A stretch of DNA of 63,936 nt, filler included, from Reclinomonas americana ATCC 50394 (Eukaryota): NCBI GenBank assembly GCA_048213135.1. It is 10 parts of 3 records of this genome, joined end to end, with 100 filler letters (N's around TTAATTAATTAA, not from the genome) between each part and the next. Parts side by side here need not be neighbours in the genome. Positions count along the whole stretch, not along the records: positions 41,842 to 50,273 come from PS015484.1; positions 50,374 to 60,370 come from PS015484.1; 8 more parts are not named here. One strand, written 5' to 3'. The position numbers were made by a program, and so were the translations under genes. How positions within the stretch are numbered: the stretch's first letter is position 1; the number at the start of each line of letters is the position of its first letter. The notes below the pieces were generated by a model. It was not told the origin of the DNA, did not search any database, and saw only the letters and a program-made list of their open reading frames with translations. Shown piece by piece: positions 43,401 through 55,500 of this stretch.

Positions 43401-46400
43401 GCGAAGCATGCGTTTCCGTTGAGGTCAGAGACGGCGCTGGCAGTGGCCGCATCCAACGCGACATTGGGATCCGACGACTGCCGGACGTGCGTGAGGCGTG
43501 CACAGGAATGAACGAGAACATTTTTTCAGTATACACACCGATTGCACCGTGACGGTGACACGAATGCTCGGGAGCGTTGCGCCAGAGCTGATCTGCACTT
43601 GAACACAAGGCGCTGGCGACGGCATTGGCTGACCAACTATAATTGTGGCAGCCGGTAGGCTGGTGATGACGAGTGCGCTCGGAGAGCCGACAAGCGGGAA
43701 TGACTCGCTTGGCGGACTGTGTGGAGAGGATCGATTAGCAGATGGCAAGGAATTCGAAGTCACTGAGTCCAACATGCCTGCAGAGACCAAAGGCACAGAT
43801 TCGCAGTTGGTATTCTGGTGCAAGTACACCGCTGATGCTGAGCAACTGGAAGGAAATTGTCCCGTCACTGACGCAGTTACACAGTCAGCATACGAACTGC
43901 GAAACTCCATCCACGACAGACAAACATCGTACGCAACGGGTTGGCAGAAGGCGGCGTGTTGTTCACCGTCATGTAATTGACTTGCAGCGACTGACGAATG
44001 GCCAGCGACGTCGACGGAGAGCATATGGCAACCGGCTGCGTCGATACAGCTGGGTTGAATGGCACACCGATCGACACGACCAGACGGGCTCGGGGCAAGT
44101 ACGCGGTTGGGAAGTTGCCGTTTTGACTCGCCGACGGCAGCATGGGTTGCCACAAGAGGTCAATGGCTTGCACAGGGTTCGTGACCGTCACAGCAACCGT
44201 GGCCGCACTTGTCAACGGCCCCTGTCCATTCGGTTGATTAAACGGCGTGACAAACTTGATGGTGGCGGGACCCGTTGGCGTCTGGTAAAATGTAATACCT
44301 GCACAAGCCGGCCTCCACCATGTCATCGACTATATGAACAGCACAATCGCTGCAAGACCACCACAACACACCAGAAAACTGCACAAAGCCATTGCTGTCA
44401 GACGCAGCAATCCACTGCGGTGCATCGTTGGGGGTTGTGCTGCCGTCACACGCCAACAAATTGAGCGTGGGCATGAGCGGAATGACATACACGCCAACGA
44501 CAGGTTGACCGGAGGCGCCAGTGAGTCGAACTTGCGGCTGCGTTGAAATGGGTACGCCAACCGTGGCCACGTTGGGCGGTTGCAGCGTGATTGCGATGTT
44601 TTGCACTGCATCAAGTGAGTGGACGGCGAGCCGCAGCGACAACTGAGAGCAGGCACGCGGAGGGACACGCAACATGGCGTGCTGCACACGAAAATGTTGG
44701 AGCCACCAAACACGCGACCGCCGACAAACGGAACAAGGCTCATCGGCAACGAGAAGCCAGCCTGGATACTGATTTGGAACGTGGCACATCCTGCGGGAGC
44801 CGGGTGGGCGACAGAAGAACAATCATCGGTTGCACGACCACGCAAAAGTACCAGTTGAGTCTGTGACGGAGGTTCCCGTGATGCCGTTGAACGTTGTGAA
44901 CCCACCGTCTTGCCCAACCACGTAGCGGAAGGTCTGCATCTGCTGCGTGTACGGACTCGACATGAATGCCTGCAGCACATCAAATGTCAGCAAGTAAAAA
45001 AAAAAAACAAGCATGCACGATTCCTCTCAGACCGAGCCGTAGAGCCTGTTCCCGTAGAACAAGTCAGTCTCAGCAGCAGCCAAGCAAATGCACGCTGCCG
45101 AATCAGACGCAACAGGAATGGTTTTGGAAGAAGCGAATCGCCAGAATCCAGCACAGGATCCAACCACGTTGGCTGGTAGTCGTAATACGCACGAATGTCT
45201 GCAACAGCAGACACTGTGAGTCATCATTTTGTGCGCGCCCGACATGATCTGCAGCGACGACAGACCGGCGGTAGAGTCCCAGGCCATGAAGACTTGCTGG
45301 TTCACCACGGGCACTTGATTCTCGTCGGTCAGGCACACCTACCAATTCGAGGTTCATACCCACACGTGAAAGGCAGTGTCAACAAAGTGCGCATTTTGCA
45401 TACCTTTGGCTGCGAGCTAAGTGGCTGACCAGAGTTCGTACAGACCGGCTGCACAACAAAGCCGCCAGAGTACGCTACGCAGCATTTCACGAGCAAGTGT
45501 CAGCCATCTCGTCTTGCGTCGCACAGCAGCGCCGCCCTCACTGACCTCCTCCGGAGACTTGCACAACCGGCGGAGTGTTGATGTCTGTGCGACAGTTTGC
45601 TCCAGCGCCAGCAACAAGGTAAACGGAGTAGGCCCAGGCTGCGTAGCGAGCGTGAGACAACTACCGCGCAGTGACATGCTATTTGCAAGTGGAAATATTA
45701 CCTTGAATGAAGGTGACCGAGTTGAACGTGGCGTGTCCAGTGCTGTTGGTGGGTGCCACCGCCCCGTGCGGTTGCACGCCAGCCACCAGGCCAGGCGCGT
45801 CGAGAGTGAGGAGCGACATTTGCTGGACATTGGGCACACCGCGGCCACGCGCATTGAGAGCCTGAACAGTACGAGATAAGCAACTACAGCAACCATCACA
45901 GCGCGACTTTCTCTCCAGCTCTCTCTCTCTCTCTCTCTCGCCAAGTCGCACCTGCACCACCAACGACGGGACGTATTGTGCGTTGAGGATGGCGGTGGGA
46001 GGCAGCGAAGATGCAAACTGGACATAGTTGCAAGTCTGCGCAAAGAGGCGAAGGATATTGAGCAAGACTGACTTGCGGCATGGACGGCACGCACACACGG
46101 ACCGTGGATGTCACTGTGGCGTTGGTGTAGACGGGGAAATAGTTGGAGGTGGCCGAAAAGCCGTCCACTGCACACAATGGACGCTGAGAAACAGCGTGAA
46201 GATGAATAGAGCGACGCTGCGCCACGAACCGGTTGCAGTGATAGCATAGCTTCCGCTGGCCTCGACGACGGCCAAGTATAGGAACGGCGAGTAGAGTCCC
46301 GGAGAGCTGCCGAAAGAGATGGTTAGGCATTGGAGAAGTGAACCAGATGAGGAATAGATGAAAAGGAGAAAGGAGACGGAGGGAAGGTTAGGGAGTGGAA

Positions 46401-49197
46401 GGGAGTGGAAAAGGAAAGGAAGGGCTAGTGAACGCAAGGGAAGGCGAAGCGACGGAAAGGTGGCGCAGACGGAAGACGATGGAACAGAGAGAACTGACGG
46501 GAAGGAGAGAGAGAAGAGGAGAGGGAAGGGAAAGGAAGACACGGAGAGGGAAGGGAAGACAAGGAAAGGAAGGGAAGAAGGGGAGAAAGGGAAAATTCAA
46601 GGACTTTGCTGGTACACGACGTGCTGGCGACGAACCCGCTCGGTGGTGGGGTGGAGCTGCGGAAGAGCGCCAGTTCTCCCATGCTGCCTCGAATCGAAAA
46701 CACAGGTGCCTTACCGGACAGACCTGCGGAGCCACAACGTCAGGGGTTACTGGAGCGAGTCTCAAGCACAAGGAGAGCCACGTACTACGCACCCTGCCCA
46801 GTTGAATTGCTCATGTGCACGTACACGGTTTGCAAATACGCTGAGTCGCCGTCCGTGACGTTAACGGCGCCGCCAACGTACGTGATGGAAAAGGTTGTGG
46901 GATCAACTGCGCGAGCGTGGTGCGTTAGTGAGCGCACTGCGGGGAAGAAAGAAATACACACATCGAGTACGACGACTCACGAGAGGAGATCACATTGATT
47001 GCGTCGCTCGGCTGCGAAGACATGCCCTCGCAGAAAAATGACAGAGCAAAAACGCCCGCATTGCCGACGTTGTCGAAGCCGAGGTTCGAGAAGATGGCGT
47101 TGCCGTTGCTGTCGGTAACCGCAGAAAAGTTGACCAATCCTTTGAGGCTCACCGGGCGGAAACCAAGGCCGGCTGCAGAATCCCACGAGCGGTTGCGTCA
47201 GTTTGGCACCCGCTAAAATTCACAACATCAACGAAGCGCATGCGATTCACGCACGAGGGTTCAGGTTATACATCCGAATACTCGCCGCGGTGGAGATCAG
47301 TGCGTACACGATGCGACCGACAACGGGGTTGTTGTTGGTGTCCAACACCTGATTGTCACGAATAGTATGAGCTTTCAGCACTGTCAAGGCCGTGGTCAAC
47401 GACATGGACGCACCTGCACCACCGGCTGCTGTTGCAGTGAGAGCCCTTCCGTAACCGATGCCGACGGTTGCGTCGTGATACGCAGCGATTTGACTGCGCA
47501 TCGCATAACAACAAGGGTAAGATACACGAGTGCCGTGGCACAAAGAATAAACGACGCACCGGTGGTGGTGGTCTGCACAAAGGCAAAGCCGACAGGATTC
47601 AGGGCGCCCCACGCCTGCGAAAATGTCTCACATGCGACATACGGGTACGTGATTGGCGACGAGGTGCCGAGGATCATGAAATCGTTGAACACAATCATGC
47701 CGTTGGCGTCGGAGGGTCCGGCGCGACTGCCGGCGTACGTCACTGCACGGCATTAGCGGCGTCAGTGATCATGCTTGCGAGCTCCATCAAACAGCAGGAC
47801 GCACCCATCTTCTCTCCCAGTAGCGAGTCAAAATATTTCTGCGTGGGATAGTTGACCATCTGTGCAATACGCGCCATGTCAGTGTCGGTTGACAACCCCG
47901 CGCACCCCACGACATGTCACCGTGGCGTATTTGCCGGCCAATGGCTGTTGATTGTTGTCGAGAATTTGCACACGCGGCTGTGAGATAAAAGGCTGCAGGG
48001 TGCGGCGTGAGACGAGGAACATGGCGAATGCAGCGGGCGGCAGACAATACCTGCCCAGTGGGAGAAGTCACATTGGCTGCAGGAATCGGAGGAATAACCA
48101 CAATGTTGCCGACGTCGCTGGAGAGCACAACGGTGCTGCCGACTGGCGACACGACTGAGCCGGCGGCCACGTTGAGCGTGTATGTGGGCGGGCGGTTGCC
48201 AGTGATGGGCGACCCGCAGTAGCCCGACAAGAAGTACACGTTGTCGAACGAGGCCTCGCCTCGCGAGTCCGTGTACACCGTGACGTTGCCGGCAAGGTAC
48301 GGCGTCAGGCAATCCACCAGAGAAGCGCGTTCCACGTACGACAGGTCGGCATAGATGCTCGCCACAGGGCTCGCCACCACCGTCACGGGCACATCAGACA
48401 TGGCCGTGCCCGCCAGACTGGTGACGCGAGCCGTCAGCGGCGGCGTGATGGTGCTGCCGAATTTCGCCGACACATAACCCGTGGCCGTGGTGCGCAACAG
48501 CACCGCCCCCACGGTCTTGTCGGCCACCGACTGGATCAGCGGATCCACAAAGATCGGCTGCAACAACAGCGACACCAGCACGGCAATCATCGCAAAGAAG
48601 ATGGAGATGACTGCGCGAACGTACGGGCTGCACTCAGCAAAACAAAAAGCGCGGAGACGGCGGCAGCACACACGCGTGCGCAACAGAGAATGCGAGTGCG
48701 GTAGAAATCCCGAACAAGGTCCATGATGACGGGAATATTGAGGCCGTGGTACTCGCCTCGTCGCGCATCATACCTGTTTGTTGGCACAGATGATGAGTTG
48801 CTTGTGTGCAGACGACATCTCTCTCATTTCTCATACCGCACGGGTCCACATCGCCACGATCGTCCACTGGGCCGACACCATCCGCGCTTGCGAGCGGCCT
48901 TCATTCTGTGCACACACACACGCACGCACACACACGCACACACACACATGCAATGTGTCATGCAAACAGGCAAACTGATGGACGCGCGCGTGCGCGCGCG
49001 CGCAACTGTCGCAGCTCGTCTTCCTCATTGTCGTCGTCGTCATCGGCATCCACTGCTCCGCGCTGTGCGCCTCCGAGTCGCGAAAACACCGACATTTGTC
49101 GCCCCGGAGGCGGAGGTGCAAGAAGAGGCGCGACAGAGTAGGGCACTGCGTGCTCATCCCCCGCAGCAGCAGCAGCAGCATGGCTGTCACGCTGCAT
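40459..49197 (-). CDS. Giant STRA6-like polytopic membrane protein with a long extracellular array of Ig/invasin-like repeats
   Basis: The spliced C-terminus LDFGYNSWCAVLRMDHETNNPILATFCKLL...RALNRWKLAITLLRNPDLCALR matches recalled STRA6 motifs (DxGY...HP...F and RARWxLAYTLLxNPxL). Multiple TM segments lie at 41000-42800, with one more near 48560-48620. (T/S)DxxGxAxF beta-sandwich motifs recur at 43000-48300. The gene spans the linker at 41786. Confidence 0.75.
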
Positions 49198-49374
49198 GGC
49201 TTATTAAGGAGGAGGGGGGAGGCAGAGAGGCAACACTGCGCGTCGTGCTTGCAATTGATTGATCACACAGGACGGAGTGAGAGGACACCGGTTGTTTTCG
49301 TTCTATTCGTATCGTGACTTTGAGGGGGTATGAATCCGTCTGAGAAGCCTGGGATCCCGCAGTTGCGTTCTGCA

Positions 49375-49410
<36 letters not shown>

Positions 49411-49633
49411 GCGCTCGAACCGGTNNNNNNNNNNNNNNNNNNNNNNNNNNNNNNNNNNNNNNNNNNNNNNNNNNNNNNNNNNNNNNNNNNNNNNNNNNNN
49501 NNNNNNNNNNNNNNNNNNNNNNNNNNNNNNNNNNNNNNNNNNNNNNNNNNNNNNNNNNNNNNNNNNNNNCCGATGTGCCTCTTTGTTTCATTTTGTTCAT
49601 CGTTGCCTCTTTCCCGTGTGCGTGTGATCGCAG

Positions 49634-50273
49634 CGAGGAGCTGGCGCGGGCGGAACAGCGGGGGGCGGCGCAAGTGGAGGCTCATCGCCGTGCGCTGGAG
49701 CACGAGATCACGCTGCGACAGGAGGAGGAGAAGCGTCAGGCGGAGCGTGAGCAGCGGCAGCGGGAAAAGGAGGAGCGGAAGCGTCTGGAGGAGGAGATGA
49801 AGAAGCGGCAGCGTGAGGCTGAGGAAGCCGAACGTCAAAGAAGGCGCGCCGAGGAGGAAGAGAAGCATCGCCGACAGCTCGAGGCCAAGGCCCAGCGGGA
49901 GCAGGAGGCGCGACAAAAGGAGGAGGCGCGCCAGCGTGCGCAGGAGGAGGAGCGACAAAAAGAAGAAGCGCGTCGACGAGCGGCCGAGGAGGAACTCGGT
50001 CGACGAACGCGCGAGGACAAGAAGCGTGCGCTGGAGGAGGCGCGGCGTCAGGTGGAATGTTGAGTTGAGACTGGGGAGAATGAGGGTCTGCCGCGCTTGC
50101 CCTCACACCGTTTTCTTTGTGTGTGTGTGTTTTGCGACAGTGCTCCAGCAGCAGCTGGCCGCGGAGGCCGAGGCCGAGGAGGGTGAGGAAGAGGAGGAGG
50201 ATGCTGGCGATGCATCCGCCAGTGCGGCCGCTGACCCCGCGGCCGCTGACCCCGCAGAAAAGGAAGGGGGAGT
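49634..50273 (+). CDS. E/R/K/Q-rich coiled-coil protein fragment (two exons between gaps)
   Basis: An AG acceptor at 49633 opens a frame reading EEEKRQAEREQRQREKEERKRLEEE. A second, acidic exon starts near 50141. Confidence 0.55.
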
Positions 50274-52215
50274 NNNNNNNNNNNNNNNNNNNNNNNNNNN
50301 NNNNNNNNNNNNNNNNNTTAATTAATTAANNNNNNNNNNNNNNNNNNNNNNNNNNNNNNNNNNNNNNNNNNNNCCTCCTCCGCCTCCGCCTCCACCACAG
50401 CCACTCACCCACGACCAACAAAACCCGGAGACGGCGATGAGTCGGCCTTTGTGACCACACACAACCCGCTCTTTGCTGCAACACATCAACACACACAGTC
50501 AACGCAAAGACGGCGTCGGCAGCAGTCGTGGACCGACAACGACGACTTTGACAACGATGACGACTGTGATGATGATTATGATGAGCAGGCGGACGAGACA
50601 ACACCTCCGCCTCCACCTCCACTGGGAGTAAGCACAGGTGTTCCTCCGCTGTTGTTGTTGGTGGGTGCAGCGCGTGCAGAGACGCCAGGTGGGTCGTCGT
50701 CNNNNNNNNNNNNNNNNNNNNNNNNNNNNNNNNNNNNNNNNNNNNNNNNNNNNNNNNNNNNNNNNNNNNNNNNNNNNNNNNNNNNNNNNNNNNNNNNNNN
50801 NNNNNNNNNNNNNNNNNNNNNNNNNNNNNNNNNNNNNNNNNNNNNNNNNNNNNNNNNNNNNNNNNNNNNNNNNNNNNNNNNNNNNNNNNNNNNNNNNNNN
50901 NNNNNNNNNNNNNNNNNNNNNNNNNNNNNNNNNNNNNNNNNNNNNNNNNNNNNNNNNNNNNNNNNNNNNNNNNNNNNNNNNNNNNNNNNNNNNNNNNNNN
51001 NNNNNNNNNNNNNNNNNNNNNNNNNNNNNNNNNNNNNNNNNNNNNNNNNNNNNNNNNNNNNNNNNNNNNNNNNNNNNNNNNNNNNNNNNNNNNNNNNNNN
51101 AAGTGTCACCGAACACAATCCATTTACTCGGTTCCATTCATGTACGAAACGGCACATATCGGAAGGCACGCGCGGAGCGATCCCATCCCTCCACTCAGTC
51201 TCCGACTGCGTGTGTGCGTGTGTGCGTGTGTGCGCCTGTGCGACTCACCACCACCTTTTCGCGGGTGACCACACTGTCGCGTCGTCACAATGGGTGGTGC
51301 GTGCTCACTTTCAGAACCCGGGCCCATGCACGTTTTCGGGCCCTCTCTCTCTCTCTCACACATCCTCTCGTCTCCTCCCTCACTTCCTCCTCCTCCTNNN
51401 NNNNNNNNNNNNNNNNNNNNNNNNNNNNNNNNNNNNNNNNNNNNNNNNNNNNNNNNNNNNNNNNNNNNNNNNNNNNNNNNNNNNNNNNNNNNNNNNNNNN
51501 NNNNNNNNNNNNNNNNNNNNNNNNNNNNNNNNNNNNNNNNNNNNNNNNNNNNNNNNNNNNNNNNNNNNNNNNNNNNNNNNNNNNNNNNNNNNNNNNNNNN
51601 NNNNNNNNNNNNNNNNNNNNNNNNNNNNNNNNNNNNNNNNNNNNNNNNNNNNNNNNNNNNNNNNNNNNNNNNNNNNNNNNNNNNNNNNNNNNNNNNNNNN
51701 NNNNNNNNNNNNNNNNNNNNNNNNNNNNNNNNNNNNNNNNNNNNNNNNNNNNNNNNNNNNNNNNNNNNNNNNNNNNNNNNNNNNNNNNNNNNNNNNNNNN
51801 NNNNNNNNNNNNNNNNNNNNNNNNNNNNNNNNNNNNNNNNNNNNNNNNNNNNNNNNNNNNNNNNNNNNNNNNNNNNNNNNNNNNNNNNNNNNNNNNNNNN
51901 NNNNNNNNNNGGAAGCAGCTCACGGCGGCGTGTGCATCTGCTGTACTCAATAACGGTATATAGGCACCATGGTTAACCACGGTGTGGCAAGCGCAGGTTC
52001 TGATCCGATCCAGATCGAATACGGACGAATGCGATCCATATCGATCGCGATATATATCGATTTCGCTGTTTTGTGGCGGAACTGGCGGTCAAAATGGAGG
52101 AAGAAATCCCCAGAGGAACACGGGAACGTAGCAAGAAAGCTGTTGCTTGTTTGTTGGTGAATGAATTTGTTGTTGTTGTCAATATTGACCGTGTAACAAC
52201 ATGTACCAGTAACTT

Positions 52216-52452
52216 CTAAACCTTTACTCCCGATATACAATCGCCGCACGACGCGCACGACGTGCTTGTTGATGTCGCCGTGCCGACCGCCTTCAGTGCG
52301 CACGTCGACGTGCTGACGGTGAACGTCCAGCTTCCGCACAGCGAGTTTCCGGAGCACAAGACCGAGCATGCTTGCGCACCGCTGGTTGTCGTAGAGAAGA
52401 TAGTGCCTCCGGGTTGATCTGCACATGCGTGTGACAGTGAGGGTCTAAGCAG

Positions 52453-52518
<66 letters not shown>

Positions 52519-55500
52519 TCTTACACGGGCACACACCTGTGAAAAACTGAAAGTTGCCAGAGTTGTACGTTGCCGCCAGCGTCTTCTTGCCAGAGTACAT
52601 GCAGTACGATGTGCCGCACACATTGTTGGTCTCGGCGTTCGCTGCCGTGGCCGGAACGACGGCCTGCCAACCATGTGTGAATACTAAAGCTTACGTTTCC
52701 CCAACTAGTTGCAACTAAACATACAGGGAGACACGGAAAACACCTTCAGTTGACAAACTGGCATGCCTGTCGCGTTTGACGCCGCAGCAGCATCCAAGAA
52801 CACCCACGCCACACATGCTGCATCGCCGTCGCATTTCATGCAGCACGCACTCGCGCTATTCACGTAATGCACGACATAGACATTTCCCGGACGATCCACG
52901 TTCTCCAACTGACACACCTCCATGCCGACTGCGTAGTGCAAAGGTGACAAGTGTGTGCAACGAGTTGAACAGCGAGAGAGAGAGAGAGAGAGCAAACCTG
53001 GTGGGTCAAATACAGAACCGCGCTGCACACACGGACAACTCGAACTCGGCGATGCAGCTGTACCAAAAACGTGCGGACATCAAAATGGCGGTGCTTTGCT
53101 GCTACTACTGCTGCATACGAGTCCACCACGCACCAGAATAAAGCACAAACGACTTGGTCATCGACGCTGCTGGCGTGCCATTGTCGGTACTGCGAATCGT
53201 CACTCGCAGCTGCCGGTGGACCAGACCAGCCGTCTGCACTTGCAACTGCGATCCAGCAATAGCGAACATCGTGGCATTTTCGCCACCCGCGATCGAGTAC
53301 GTGAATGTTTGGCCAGCGTTCGCGTCGGTGGTCGACAGTGTGCCCACTACGGCGTTCATTGTGGTCGGAACGGCGTACGTGAAGCTTGAAAGCACAATGT
53401 CGGCGGGGGCAGCATTTCCTGCAAAAAATGCAAGTGCAATGAGAGATTACGTATCCCCACTCCCCCCAAAAAAGTCGCAAGCGCAGCACACGCACCAATG
53501 GACAACGGCCCAAGCGACTGATACGCACTGCCGGATGCCCAACGGACGCACAGTGCGTATGTACCGACGGCGGCGCCAGCGGCATTCACGGAGAGATTGA
53601 CAATTGCGGCGCTCACAAACGTCGCACTCACGCTGGTCGACGCAATCACTGCTGGCGACGCGGCCGTACAATCAGTCGACACAACGAATGCCGCCGCGTC
53701 GGCATTGGTGTTGCCCATGCCGCCGCCGGTGAGTGCAATGGCCTGAGCGGCGGCCGCTGAAATTGTCGACACGGACATGGTGGCTTGTACTGCGCGCGGA
53801 GAGAGCAGCAACAGAACTGAGACCGCAGGGAGAGAGAGAGAGAGGCGCGCAAACGGCCGCAGGCGCAGAAAAGATATACCTGCACAATTACCGCGATCGC
53901 TCACAAGTTCGCTGACAGCATAATACATCTAGTACGTCACCGACGACAACTACCGTCTACACTGCTCTGTGCGCATTCCCCTTCACTGTCGTCGCTGTTC
54001 CTTTCATAGGACACCTCTAGCAAACACTGGGGAACACTTAGAAATGTGCTGCAACGCGGTTCCCCTCCAACGATTGTGTTCTTCCACTTGCTACATGTAT
54101 ACAAACATAGACTCGCCATGCCTTCGCGATCCTCTCCCACATGCAATTTCCCTTTTTTGCTAGTACTTGCACTTGCACCGTCTCCTCTTCTGTGACTCAC
54201 CGACAGTCACCGATCCAGCCAGCACATACACCCCTGCTGGCCGATCTCGAATGCACATGCTGTATGTGCCAGCTGCCGCACTCGAAGCGTCGAGAAGCAC
54301 TCGCATACTGCTGCTACTGGCGAGAACAATCGACTGATACGTCGCCACGACCACCAGTGTACCGTAGCAGTTCTGTGATGCAACAATATATAGTTGCTTG
54401 TTGTTGAGTGACAGCGTACTGGTGTGTGCATCTCTGCCCAACGCGACTCACCGCATTCGAAGACAGCACTGCTGCTGCCGAGTCGCCGCTGGTGGACAAG
54501 TCGAAAAAGTTGGCTGCACGAAGTGACGGCGGTAGACGATCAGCAATCAGATAGTGAGAAGAACTGCAAAGCAAAGAACACAACTTCCGCTAAGTGCCAC
54601 TAGCTGCCACGTTCGCCGATGAATGATAGTTGGCGAAACTGCCGATACAGTCATGGTAGCTGTGCGCGAGGCCACTACAAGTTACCAAGTTGTGTGTACA
54701 GTATGTAGATGTATCTAGGAGACACCAATAGAGATCTATTTCAAGAGACACTGCTGAAAGCATGAATAGCTGTAGTATAGATAGACATCTACGCACACGA
54801 TACACAAATATACACGCGCTTCTCGCGATGATCGCGTCGTCTTTGCTCTCTCCTGCCTCCTCTCCACTCACCACGTGCCGTGACCAACGGTTGTGGAAGT
54901 TCGATAAACGAACTCGTCGATAATAACGGCATGTGACACACTGCCATTGGAGCCAACAACGCCCCCGTCCCAGCCGCAACACTTGCCACCGTCAATGTAC
55001 CACTCGTCAAACTGCTGGCACCAACGCTGATCAGTGGCGTGGCTGCAGCACTGCAGTCGTTCGTCGGCAAAGTGCACGTCAAGCTCGACATAAACGCGGT
55101 GCGCTCCGCCATAAAGTTGTTCAGCACCTGTGCTGCCGTCAGTGAACTGCTGTGGATACGCAGCCGTGCGATCGTCAGCGAGCCTCGCAGAGTCGCCTCC
55201 ACAGTGCCATTGCCGTTGTACTGCGATCCCAACGTGATTGGCGCAGAGGCTGAGATGTTCGGGTTCTTGACAGCTGAACTGGCCAGAAAACCATCGGCGT
55301 ACACTCGTTCTGTTGTTCCGTCGGACGTGAAAACCAAGTGATGCCACGCGCCGGCGCCGGGTACAGAGGACCCCCAAGAAATATCGTCAGTAAAATGAAT
55401 AACTGCACCGTACGCAGCGTTGGTGCCGTACACGAATGCAAAGTTGGCAAAATTGGATCGGACACCCCAAGCGACGATAGTCTCCTGCGCCCCAATCACC

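Noticed and set aside
48630..48690. GTTGCGC at ~48678-48684 as another shifted donor, or as a TT donor
   Set aside because: A GT donor here gives the wrong phase, and a nearby GTGTGC donor restores the frame. The case is ambiguous and was excluded from the splice-site evidence.
50374..50701. Small contig readable as an acidic plus-strand exon or as a minus-strand TM anchor (LLIIIIITVVIVV)
   Set aside because: Both strands give plausible frames and splice sites, and the contig is isolated by gaps, so it cannot be assigned.
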